A DNA stretch of 64,000 bases from Eubacteriales bacterium (GCA_045646945.1 JAZRLS010000005.1:11857-75856), one strand, 5' to 3'; numbered from the stretch's first letter, positions 26,695 through 36,656 are shown. A program made the numbers and translations. Notes: generated by a model from the sequence alone, not told the origin.

Positions 26695-27267
26695 TTATAC
26701 GATTTTTGAGGTTTGTTTTTTCTTCATTCGCTTTAGCATCGATTGGAGCTTCGGCGTATTGTAGCGGAGCACGAGGGTGGGCAAAACGTTCAAAAACAAA
26801 TTGACGATTGCCACGGGGAGAGCAATGCTCCAAGCACCGCGGGGAAGGAGTGTCAGCATCGTCAAAAATCCGATGGGATAAGAGAGACGATGCGTTAGAA
26901 CTCCCTTATTACATTCGATGATGAACTTTTCGATATACTCGGGACTGTCGGGCTCCTTCAGAAATTTTTTACTGAATCCGCCAAGTCCGCCAAGCTCCCA
27001 CACTCGGTCCTTCCAGCGTCGCACTCTCAGCTTTTTATAGAGCTTTTTTTCAGCTTCGGACACCGAATAGTGCGGATTATCCACCCCGAACCAACGGTCG
27101 GGCATTTTGTTGATTAAAAGGGCAATGCCACCGTCGAGAGCAAAGCAGAGCACAGTACACCAAATCACGGCGAGAACCGCGAAATACCAAGGTGTCACGC
27201 CAAAGGCAATATTGACGGCGGCAATGATTGTCATGGCAATTCCGATGATGGAGAGATACAGCTTCAT
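26695..27267 (-). CDS. membrane protein, possibly CrtO-like glycosyl-lipid acyltransferase family
   Basis: Two N-terminal TM segments, then ..RRWKD..GG..KK.....E..KGVLTH.., then a C-terminal TM. Resembles the glycosyl-4,4'-diaponeurosporenoate acyltransferase family (low-certainty recall). ATGA overlap with the upstream gene. Confidence 0.45.
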   Translation of the reverse strand: MKLYLSIIGIAMTIIAAVNIAFGVTPWYFAVLAVIWCTVLCFALDGGIALLINKMPDRWFGVDNPHYSVSEAEKKLYKKLRVRRWKDRVWELGGLGGFSKKFLKEPDSPEYIEKFIIECNKGVLTHRLSYPIGFLTMLTLLPRGAWSIALPVAIVNLFLNVLPTLVLRYNTPKLQSMLKRMKKKQTSKIV

Positions 27268-28094
27268 GATTCACCGTATACGAGTGGCTTGCCGTAAAAG
27301 GATTCGTAGGTTTTTACCCAAGCATCGTAATTTTCGTTCTTCATTTTTTGAATTGCTTCGGCACGGGGAAGAGTATCGTCGGGGATAATGGCGGGCAGAA
27401 TGTGCAGGGTGTATTCCTGTACGAAAAAGCCGTCGGGATCCAAAATATCGCTGTCCTCCATCGTAATAAAGATCGGGACGATCGGAGCTTTGTTGCGGAC
27501 GGCAAGCGCAAACGCGCCGTCCTGCATCGGCTTCGGTTTGCGGTAATTCCACCACATGCTCTGCTCGGGATAGATCAGAATCGTCTCGCCGCGTGCGAGA
27601 AGCTCCTTGATTGCCTTGGAGAATTTCTTCATGGTCGACATCTGAGAGGAGAGAGGCAGGGTGTTGCAATGCCGCATAAACAGACCGAAGGGTTTTGGGG
27701 GATTGGTATAATTCCCCTCGCGAATGATCTTATAGAGCATTTTTCCGTTCATATGATCGCAAAGCGCTTTCCAAACGGCGTAGTTGTCGCCCACGCTGAA
27801 ATGGTTGCAGGTGACAAAACGTCCGCCCTCGACCGCTGTAAAATTCTCGATTCCGCGAACTTCCTTGATGATGAGCTGTCGGTCCGCGATCATTTTGTCA
27901 AAAAAGCGCGCTCCGAAGAAATTCGCGATGCGGTTTTTGATTTTGCTTGTGAATTTTTCATTCAGATAATCGACGTCATTGGGCATCAGCGGATAGGTTT
28001 CGGGATCGTCCTCGACGTCCAAATGCCAGAGTTCCTTCGCTTCGAATTCCTCGATGCGTCGGAGCAGCTCCAATTTATGTGCGGATTTTTCCAT
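27264..28094 (-). CDS. lysophospholipid/1-acyl-sn-glycerol-3-phosphate acyltransferase family protein
   Basis: HX4D motif in CNHFSVGDN and a downstream ..IYPEQS.. block (PlsC family). Confidence 0.75.
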   Translation of the reverse strand: MEKSAHKLELLRRIEEFEAKELWHLDVEDDPETYPLMPNDVDYLNEKFTSKIKNRIANFFGARFFDKMIADRQLIIKEVRGIENFTAVEGGRFVTCNHFSVGDNYAVWKALCDHMNGKMLYKIIREGNYTNPPKPFGLFMRHCNTLPLSSQMSTMKKFSKAIKELLARGETILIYPEQSMWWNYRKPKPMQDGAFALAVRNKAPIVPIFITMEDSDILDPDGFFVQEYTLHILPAIIPDDTLPRAEAIQKMKNENYDAWVKTYESFYGKPLVYGES

Positions 28095-28104
28095 CAGAAT
28101 TGTC

Positions 28105-29049
28105 TCAACCTTTCGTTAGCTTTTTTGCAAAGGTGTTTTCGGAAGCGACGATTTGCTTTGCGTGTTCCAAAATTTCGGTTGCCACGCGTTCTTTTGCCTT
28201 ACGCTCCTCTTCGCTAAAGCTTGCCTTGCGCGCAAGGATCTGCTCGTAGAAGGGAGATTTTTCAGCGTATTGCCAGAAATACTCGCCGTCCATTACGTCA
28301 TCGTACTGCCACGGCTTTTTGTAAAGTGCATAGTGTACGAGGTTTTTCTTGCCTTCGCAGGGCAGGGGCATCGGTTCCTTGTTCCAGCCGTTGGGCAGAG
28401 GGAAAATCTTTCCGCGGCAGAGATAATTCAGGTATGCCTGATCGGGGTCGAGAAGATCAAAATCATACTCGGTGATCAAATGAATGAACTTTTTTTCGAT
28501 CTCCTGCTTGCGGAATTCCTTGAGGTTGATCAAAAGCACGCCTGCATTGACGTAGTCGTCGGGGTTAAGACCCAGCGCAGCCTCGGCATAGGTGCGGAAT
28601 TCGGCGGTGTTCTGTACGAACTGTTCAGGGGCACCGCCGAGAATGTTGTCACCAAGGTTGGTGTGGTAAAGCTCGGATACGTCACCGAGCAACACAAGGT
28701 CGCAGTCAAGATACAGAATTTTGTCGTATTGCGGGAAAAGCGATGCGATAAAGAGTCGGTAGTAGGTGACCACCGAAAAGTGATAGACGTTTTTGAAGTG
28801 CGCCTTGATGCTTTCGACGTTCGGGGAAATGTCCACAAAGTCGATGACAAAGCCCTCTTTTTCATTTTTTTTGACCAGATCCATATTTTCCTGACGGAGT
28901 CCCGTGTTGAGCACGATGATTCGATACTGATAATCGGTGGAAGCATTTGCAATCAAGGACGCGATGGCAACGTCGAGAAATGCAATATAATTATCGTCGG
29001 TGGAAAAGAAAATCGGAATTTCCTTTTCGCAGAGTCCTTTTTGTGTCAT
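28105..29049 (-). CDS. glycosyltransferase family 8 (retaining GT-A)
   Basis: IPIFFSTDDNYI.., DxD in YLDCDLVLLGD, NAGVLLINL, and HY..YKKPW are typical GT8 blocks. Confidence 0.85.
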   Translation of the reverse strand: MTQKGLCEKEIPIFFSTDDNYIAFLDVAIASLIANASTDYQYRIIVLNTGLRQENMDLVKKNEKEGFVIDFVDISPNVESIKAHFKNVYHFSVVTYYRLFIASLFPQYDKILYLDCDLVLLGDVSELYHTNLGDNILGGAPEQFVQNTAEFRTYAEAALGLNPDDYVNAGVLLINLKEFRKQEIEKKFIHLITEYDFDLLDPDQAYLNYLCRGKIFPLPNGWNKEPMPLPCEGKKNLVHYALYKKPWQYDDVMDGEYFWQYAEKSPFYEQILARKASFSEEERKAKERVATEILEHAKQIVASENTFAKKLTKG

Positions 29050-29243
29050 AAATGGCGTTCCTCCACATTCTAAGAAGTAGTATTAAAAACCACATATTGC
29101 CGTAATTATAACATAAACAATTCGAAAAAGCAATAGCTTTCAAAAAATAATTCTTTAATTTTTTGTGACGAAGCTCTCCCGAGAGGATTTTTGAAAAAAA
29201 GATTTTCTTTTTCGGTATTTTATGGTATAATAGAATAAAATAG

Positions 29244-31262
<2,019 letters not shown>

Positions 31263-31826
31263 TCACACTCCCGTATATTCGAGAATTCCCTGATAAATGC
31301 CCTCGGCAAAGAGGTCGGGACGTTCGGACATCAGTGCCGCGTCGGAGGGATTCGTGATGAATCCAAGCTCCACGAGCACGGCAGGCATTGCCGTACGGCG
31401 CAGGACGTAGAGTCCCGAGCGCACCTGCATACCGCGGTTGCGAAGTCCCGTGGTGCGGTTCAGCCAATAGAGAATATCCTCACCGAGCGAGAACGCGACC
31501 GACGGACGTGAGAAGGCAAAGGCTTCGCTTCCCGTTGCCGACGCAATCGATGAGGCGTTGGTGTGAATGCTGATAAAATAGTCGGCGCCCCAGGCGTTTG
31601 CGTCCTCGACACGAAGTCTCAGACTTGTGGTGTTGGACGTGCCGATTTGCGTGTCGGGTGTCGGGCGTGAGAGCCGAACCTCAAAATTGGGATTTTGGCG
31701 GAGAAGCTCCGCAAGCTCAATGCCGACGGCGTAAACAATGTCTTGCTCACGCAGTCCGTTGCCCTCGGCACCTGCGTTGGGATTTAAGGGATTATGTCCC
31801 TGATCGATATAAATTTTAATTGCCAT
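31263..31826 (-). CDS. N-acetylmuramoyl-L-alanine amidase (Amidase_3 domain only)
   Basis: Start taken at MAIKIYIDQGHN.. Has ..ISIHTNA.. and ..VLVELGFITN.. motifs. No signal peptide or wall-binding domain. Confidence 0.8.
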   Translation of the reverse strand: MAIKIYIDQGHNPLNPNAGAEGNGLREQDIVYAVGIELAELLRQNPNFEVRLSRPTPDTQIGTSNTTSLRLRVEDANAWGADYFISIHTNASSIASATGSEAFAFSRPSVAFSLGEDILYWLNRTTGLRNRGMQVRSGLYVLRRTAMPAVLVELGFITNPSDAALMSERPDLFAEGIYQGILEYTGV

Positions 31827-31914
31827 AATGATTCCTTTCGATAGATAGTCTATTGACAGAATATTCGAAACCTTGAAATTTCGTTCGTAATAGGAACGGA
31901 AAGGACTACTTTTT

Positions 31915-32778
31915 ATGAAGAACGACGAAACGAAAAACAAAATTCGGGGCGGAATGCTCTATCTCGTCGCGACACCGATCGGAAATCTTTCGGATTTGAG
32001 TGAGCGTGCCATCAAGGTGCTCTCCGAGGTCGATTTTATTGCGGCGGAGGATACGAGAAATTCCTTGCGCCTTTTGACGCACCTTGGCATTTCCAAGCCG
32101 ATGGTGTCTTATCACGAGCATAACCGCCGTGAGCGCGGCGAGGAAATTTGCGACCGCCTTTCGACAGGCGAGTCTTGTGCGCTGATCACAGATGCAGGCA
32201 CTCCTGCGATCTCCGATCCCGGCGAGGACCTCGTGGCACTGTGTGCCGAACGCGGTATTCCCGTGACCTCGATTCCTGGTGCGTGCGCCTTTGTGACGGC
32301 ACTGACACTCTCGGGACTTCCCACGGCGCGCTTTGTCTTTGAAGGCTTTTTGCCCGTTCCCAAAAAAGAGAGAAGAGAACGGCTTGAAATTTTGGCACAT
32401 GAGGAGCGGACCTTTCTTTTGCACGAAGCACCGCATAAGCTTTTGCGCACGCTGACCGATCTTTCGGAAGTGCTTGGCGGCGAGCGGAGAATTGCGCTCT
32501 GCCGTGAACTGACCAAGCTCAATGAGGAAATTTTGCGTACCACCATTTCGGGCGCACTTGCATATTATGAGCAAAGAGAGCCGCGCGGCGAATACGTCCT
32601 TGTTATTGAGGGCGGCGCGGGACAGCCTAAGACCGAAGCATCGATAGCGTCGGTGGAAGAAACCGTGGCGGCGTATCTTCGGCAGGGAATGAGCCGAAAT
32701 GAAGCGATCAAGGCGGCGGCAAAGGCACTCGGACTCTCGCGTAACGAGGTTTACGCGCGTACGATTGGGCAGGATTGA
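31915..32778 (+). CDS. rsmI: 16S rRNA (cytidine1402-2'-O)-methyltransferase
   Basis: ..LYLVATPIGNLSDLSERAIKVLSEVDFIAAEDTR.. is the tetrapyrrole-methylase-fold RsmI signature. Confidence 0.9.
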   Translation: MKNDETKNKIRGGMLYLVATPIGNLSDLSERAIKVLSEVDFIAAEDTRNSLRLLTHLGISKPMVSYHEHNRRERGEEICDRLSTGESCALITDAGTPAISDPGEDLVALCAERGIPVTSIPGACAFVTALTLSGLPTARFVFEGFLPVPKKERRERLEILAHEERTFLLHEAPHKLLRTLTDLSEVLGGERRIALCRELTKLNEEILRTTISGALAYYEQREPRGEYVLVIEGGAGQPKTEASIASVEETVAAYLRQGMSRNEAIKAAAKALGLSRNEVYARTIGQD

Positions 32779-32897
32779 TAAAAAATTCATTCAATATTTT
32801 GCATTTTTATACGGAAAAAATGTTGATTTTCCGAAAAGAATATGGTATGATATAATATATTGTATTTTGAATTGATATTTTGAAAGGATAAAGAACA

Positions 32898-33974
32898 ATG
32901 GAAAAGATGAAGGTTGGCGTCGTTGGCGCTACAGGTATGGTTGGTCAGAGATTTCTGACACTTTTGGAAAATCACCCCTATTTTGAGGTAACCGCTCTGG
33001 CGGCTTCCGCTCGTTCGGCAGGCAAGACCTACCGTGAGGCAGTGGGCGAGCGTTGGAAGATGAAGACGCCGATGCCCGAAAAATATGCGGATATGGTCGT
33101 GATGGATGCGGCAAAGATTGAGGAAGTGGGCAAGCTCGTTTCTTTCGTGTTCTGCGCCGTCGATATGAAGAAGGACGAAATCAAGGCACTCGAGGAAGCC
33201 TATGCCAAGGCAGAGATTCCCGTGGTTTCGAACAATTCGGCAAACCGTTGGACGCCCGACGTTCCCATGGTGATTCCGGAGATCAACGATGCGCACCTTG
33301 AGGTCATTGCGGCACAGAGAAAGCGTCTTGGCACTAAGCGCGGCTTTATTGCCGTCAAGCCGAACTGCTCGATTCAGTCCTACGTTCCCGCACTCACGCC
33401 TCTGCGCAAGTACGGCATCAAGGAAGTCGTTGCGACGACCTATCAGGCTATTTCGGGTGCTGGTAAGACGTTCAAGGAGTGGCCCGAGATGATCGATAAC
33501 ATCATTCCTTACATTGGCGGTGAGGAAGAGAAGAGCGAGCAGGAGCCTCTGCGCGTTTGGGGTAAGGTCGAAAACGGCGAGATCGTGAAGGCAGAAGAAC
33601 CCGTCATCACCACCCAGTGCATTCGTGTGCCCGTTTCGGACGGTCACACAGCGGCAGTGTTCGTCAAGTTTGAAAACAAGCCCACCAAGGAGCAGATCCT
33701 CAAGGATTGGGCAGAGTTCTCGGGCAAGCCTCAGGAGCTCGGACTTCCCAACGCGCCCGAGCAGTTCATCACCTATTTTGAAGAGGATAACCGTCCTCAG
33801 GCGGCGCTTGACCGTGACATTTACGGCGGTATGGGCGTGACCGTGGGTAGACTCCGCGAGGATATTATCTACGATTACAAGTTCGTTGGTCTTTCGCACA
33901 ACACGCTTCGCGGTGCGGCAGGCGGCGCGGTGCTCATTGCAGAGCTTCTCTACAGAGAGGGTTATTTTAACTGA
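32898..33974 (+). CDS. asd: aspartate-semialdehyde dehydrogenase
   Basis: 358 aa with VGVVGATGMVGQRF, the active-site region ..KPNCSIQ.., and a C-terminal ..LRGAAGGAVL. Confidence 0.9.
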   Translation: MEKMKVGVVGATGMVGQRFLTLLENHPYFEVTALAASARSAGKTYREAVGERWKMKTPMPEKYADMVVMDAAKIEEVGKLVSFVFCAVDMKKDEIKALEEAYAKAEIPVVSNNSANRWTPDVPMVIPEINDAHLEVIAAQRKRLGTKRGFIAVKPNCSIQSYVPALTPLRKYGIKEVVATTYQAISGAGKTFKEWPEMIDNIIPYIGGEEEKSEQEPLRVWGKVENGEIVKAEEPVITTQCIRVPVSDGHTAAVFVKFENKPTKEQILKDWAEFSGKPQELGLPNAPEQFITYFEEDNRPQAALDRDIYGGMGVTVGRLREDIIYDYKFVGLSHNTLRGAAGGAVLIAELLYREGYFN

Positions 33975-33985
33975 ATATGAAATTG

Positions 33986-34020
33986 GCGTCGCCGTGTATT
34001 TCACGGCGACGCTGTTTTGT
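33986..34020 (+). terminator. intrinsic terminator of asd
   Basis: 11-bp stem GCGTCGCCGTG / CACGGCGACGC followed by TGTTTTGTT. Confidence 0.8.
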
Positions 34021-34040
34021 TGGCATATTCGCATATTTTA

Positions 34041-34218
34041 GGTAGGGAAGTGGCTTGCTCCTCCCGTTTCGATTCAATGTTATTTTTTCGGGAGGCTGAT
34101 AGCCTCCCCTACAAAAAGAAAGCGGTATTACCAATCTTGTAGGGGAGGATATCATCCTCCCGTTTTTGTCCTGTGAAAATTGTTCATTTTTTCGGGAGGA
34201 GCAAGCCCCTCCCCTACC
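34041..34218. repeat. two tandem REPIN-like doublets (four GTAG-type units)
   Basis: Units at 34041-34066 (forward), 34089-34113 (reverse), 34138-34162 (forward) and 34193-34218 (reverse). Each is (T)GTAGGG fused to a GGGAGG..CCTCCC hairpin with a different loop. Confidence 0.8.
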
Positions 34219-34275
34219 AATGTGAGCAGAGTATGTTCTCATTCCACATCCTTTTGGAATTTCCAAAAATAAATA

Positions 34276-34304
34276 TTGACAAAAAATTGCAGAAATGTTA
34301 TAAT
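34276..34304 (+). promoter_or_regulatory. consensus sigma-A promoter
   Basis: TTGACA, 17-nt spacer, TATAAT, with a TG extended -10. Confidence 0.7.
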
Positions 34305-34310
34305 GAAAAT

Positions 34311-34416
34311 GCCACATAATCGAATAATTTGCTTATCAACAGGAAATATCCTTGGTAAAAGGTGTTTCCTCTTTTCCGCGTATTTTCCTGTTGATGGCAA
34401 GATGCGATTGTGTGGC
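34311..34416 (+). promoter_or_regulatory. structured 5' leader (about 106-nt imperfect rod), candidate riboswitch/attenuator sensor domain
   Basis: Nested helices: 34311-34322 with 34405-34416 (12 bp), 34328-34332 with 34397-34401 (5 bp), and 34335-34346 with 34384-34395 (12 bp). G-U pairs make it valid only on the plus-strand RNA. Confidence 0.55.
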
Positions 34417-34441
34417 AACAATGAAGGGAAGCACTTTTTCG

Positions 34442-34475
34442 GTGCGTTCCTTCGGGGGCGCACTTTTTTATTTTG
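34442..34475 (+). terminator. leader terminator with competing antiterminator
   Basis: GTGCGTTCC-TTCG-GGGGCGCAC followed by TTTTTTATTTT. Its 5' arm can instead pair with GGAAGCAC at 34427-34434. Confidence 0.7.
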
Positions 34476-34492
34476 CAGGACGAGGTGGACGT

Positions 34493-34960
34493 ATGGCATT
34501 GGGACACGAAGTTTATCGGATCGCGTTTGTGGGACACCGTGAAATTTACGACGTGCGGCGACTCGAGAAAGAAATCGAGAAAATCGCCAAGGATGCGATT
34601 TTTATGCACGAGTTTGTGGAATTTTATCTCGGACGAAACGGAGAATTCGATCTTCTTGCCGCATCGGTGCTCAAACGTGTACAAAAATCGACCGACCGTC
34701 AGAATAGCACGCTCATTCTTGTGCTTCCGTATCACGTCAAGGACGAAGCCTATTACGAGGAATATTACGACGCTGTTTGTTATCCAAACGCGCCGAAGGT
34801 ACATTCCCGTGCGGCAATCACCAAGCGGAATGAATATATGGTCGACCATGCAGAGTTATTGGTCGCTTTTGTAGAGACAACGACGGGCGGGGCGTACACG
34901 GCAATGCGATATGCCGAAAAACGCGGTGTTCCAATTCAAAATATCGGAAATTTTTCTTAA
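34493..34960 (+). CDS. SLOG-family protein (YpsA/DUF1273-like)
   Basis: Start at the ATG after GAGGTGG. ..IAFVGHREI....EFYLGRNGEFDLLAA..LILVLPY....AITKRNEYMVDHAELLVAF....GGAYTAMRYA is collinear with the YpsA/DUF1273 pattern (from memory). Confidence 0.65.
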   Translation: MALGHEVYRIAFVGHREIYDVRRLEKEIEKIAKDAIFMHEFVEFYLGRNGEFDLLAASVLKRVQKSTDRQNSTLILVLPYHVKDEAYYEEYYDAVCYPNAPKVHSRAAITKRNEYMVDHAELLVAFVETTTGGAYTAMRYAEKRGVPIQNIGNFS

Positions 34961-34965
34961 TTTCT

Positions 34966-35095
34966 TGTAGGGGTCGGCGCCCACGACGACCCGTTTTAAA
35001 ACGGACGACCGATGGTCGCCCCTACGGGTTTGAGAGAAAACCGCCGTCCGTGCACCAAGGGTAGGAATGTGCGAAATTCCACCAACAAAAATGTA
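34966..35095. repeat. REPIN-like doublet plus conserved 3' extension (family A2)
   Basis: TGTAGGGGTCGGCGCCCACGACGACCCG-TTTTAAAA-CGGACGACCGATGGTCGCCCCTACGGGTTTGAGAG... The right half plus its extension recurs at 60545-60620 and 60952-61027. Confidence 0.75.
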
Positions 35096-35140
35096 AAGTC
35101 GTATCTTACTGCGCGATTTTTACTTTTTTTCAAAACCCCC

Positions 35141-35169
35141 TTGACAAGACGATTTTTTTTCTATATAAT
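35141..35169 (+). promoter_or_regulatory. consensus sigma-A promoter
   Basis: TTGACA, 17-nt spacer, TATAAT. Confidence 0.7.
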
Positions 35170-35175
35170 AAATAG

Positions 35176-35265
35176 GTAAGAAATGAGGGAGTAGTAGCGC
35201 GCGATGGCGCGTAGCAAGTCAACAATCTCGGTCGGCTTCGACTTGGCTTGCTTTAAATCACCAGA
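35176..35265 (+). promoter_or_regulatory. structured 5' leader upstream of oadB, candidate ion-sensing riboswitch
   Basis: GGGAGTAG box (35187-35194), hairpin 35197-35212, and helix AGCAAGTC (35213-35220) with GACTTG-G-CT (35240-35248). A terminator follows. Confidence 0.5.
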
Positions 35266-35302
35266 CTCAATATACGCTTTGGTCGTATATTGGGCTTTTT
35301 TT
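35266..35302 (+). terminator. leader terminator
   Basis: CTCAATATACG-loop-CGTATATTGGG (about 11 bp including one G-U) followed by CTTTTTTT. It lies 49 nt upstream of the oadB start codon. Confidence 0.75.
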
Positions 35303-35350
35303 ATGAAAAAAATAAAAATAATGATAAAACAATGAAGAAAGGCTGACATT

Positions 35351-36460
35351 ATGGAAATCTTGTATGAAAATCTCTTGCTATTGTTCCAAAACGGCGGTTG
35401 GCAGAGAATGGTGATGTGGCTCATCGGTGGGCTTCTCATCTATCTTGCGATCAAAAAGGATATGGAGCCGACGCTCCTGCTTCCGATGGGATTTGGTGCG
35501 ATTATCGTCAATATCCCCGCGATTTACGACGGTGCGCTCTCGACTCTCTTCTCGGCGGGTATTTCGAACGAGCTCTTTCCGCTGATCCTCTTTATCGGTA
35601 TCGGTGCGATGATCGATTTCGGTCCGATCCTCTCAAATCCGAAGCTGATGATCTTCGGTGCGGCGGCGCAGTTCGGTATCTTCTTTACCTTCTCGCTCGC
35701 ATCGCTCTTCTTCGAGCTGCCTGAGGCGGCTTCGATCGGTATCATCGGTGCGGCAGACGGTCCTACGGCAATCGTTGTTGCACAGAAGCTCTTGGGTAAC
35801 GCGTCGCAGATCACGGGTGCCATTATGGTCGCGGCGTACTCGTATATGGCACTCGTTCCCGTTATTCAGCCTCCGATTATCAAGCTGATGACCACCAAGA
35901 AGGAACGTCTCATTCGTATGCCCTATGCGCCGAAGAACGTTTCGAAGACCACCCGTATTCTGTTCCCGATTGTCATTACGATTATTGCGGGACTGATTGC
36001 TCCTGAGTCGATCGACCTTCTCGGCTTTTTGATGTTCGGTAACCTCATTCGTGAGTGCGGTGTGCTCAACTCGCTCTCCGAGACGGCACAGAAGGTGCTC
36101 GCAAATCTGATTACCATCTTCCTCGGTATTACGGTAGCAACCCAGATGACGGCGGCAAAGTTCCTGCAGCCCGCAACGCTTCTCATTCTCGGACTCGGAC
36201 TCTTCGCGTTCGTCTTCGATACGGTGGGCGGTATTCTGGTAGCAAAGCTGATCAACCTCTTCTCCAAGAAGAACAAGATCAACCCGATGATCGGTGCGGC
36301 AGGTATTTCGGCATTCCCGATGTCGGGACGTGTGGTGCACAAGATGGGACTTCAAGAGGATCCCTCGAACTTCCTTCTGATGCACTCGATCGGTGTCAAC
36401 GTATCGGGTCAGATTGCCTCGGTCATCGCGGGCGGACTGATTCTCAGCTTTATGCTTTAA
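35351..36460 (+). CDS. oadB: sodium ion-translocating decarboxylase, beta subunit (OadB/GcdB/MmdB family)
   Basis: 369 aa, polytopic, with ..EPTLLLPMGFGAIIVNIP.., ..IGAADGPTAI.., ..MIGAAGISAFPMSGRV.. collinear with beta subunits of Na+-pumping decarboxylases. Confidence 0.85.
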   Translation: MEILYENLLLLFQNGGWQRMVMWLIGGLLIYLAIKKDMEPTLLLPMGFGAIIVNIPAIYDGALSTLFSAGISNELFPLILFIGIGAMIDFGPILSNPKLMIFGAAAQFGIFFTFSLASLFFELPEAASIGIIGAADGPTAIVVAQKLLGNASQITGAIMVAAYSYMALVPVIQPPIIKLMTTKKERLIRMPYAPKNVSKTTRILFPIVITIIAGLIAPESIDLLGFLMFGNLIRECGVLNSLSETAQKVLANLITIFLGITVATQMTAAKFLQPATLLILGLGLFAFVFDTVGGILVAKLINLFSKKNKINPMIGAAGISAFPMSGRVVHKMGLQEDPSNFLLMHSIGVNVSGQIASVIAGGLILSFML

Positions 36461-36473
36461 GGAGGAACGTAGA

Positions 36474-36650
36474 ATGGATATTTTCGGAAAATTCAGCGTG
36501 GAACGCTTTGTTTCGTCTCTTCAATATATGTGGCAGGGAATGCTCTGCATCTTTGTGGTGATCGCTGTGATCATTCTCGCAACGGTTGCAATGAATTCGA
36601 TTTTCTCGAAGCTTGCGGCAAAGAAGAAAAATGAAGAAAACGACGCGTAA
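36474..36650 (+). CDS. small single-TM protein, OadG-like gamma subunit
   Basis: 58-aa ORF (below the track cutoff): MDIFGKFSVERFVSSLQYMWQGMLCIFVVIAVIILATVAMNSIFSKLAAKKKNEENDA. AGGAGG RBS sits 7 nt upstream. Position and topology match OadG. Confidence 0.6.
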   Translation: MDIFGKFSVERFVSSLQYMWQGMLCIFVVIAVIILATVAMNSIFSKLAAKKKNEENDA

Positions 36651-36656
36651 ACCAAT

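Noticed and set aside
32779-32897. Lysine riboswitch upstream of asd.
   Set aside because: The intergenic region is AT-rich, about 120 nt long, and has neither an extended helix set nor a terminator.
34276-34542. 88-aa ORF covering the SLOG-gene leader, as a possible leader peptide or small protein.
   Set aside because: It has no RBS, starts at the -35 box of the promoter and runs through the terminator. RNA structure explains the region better.
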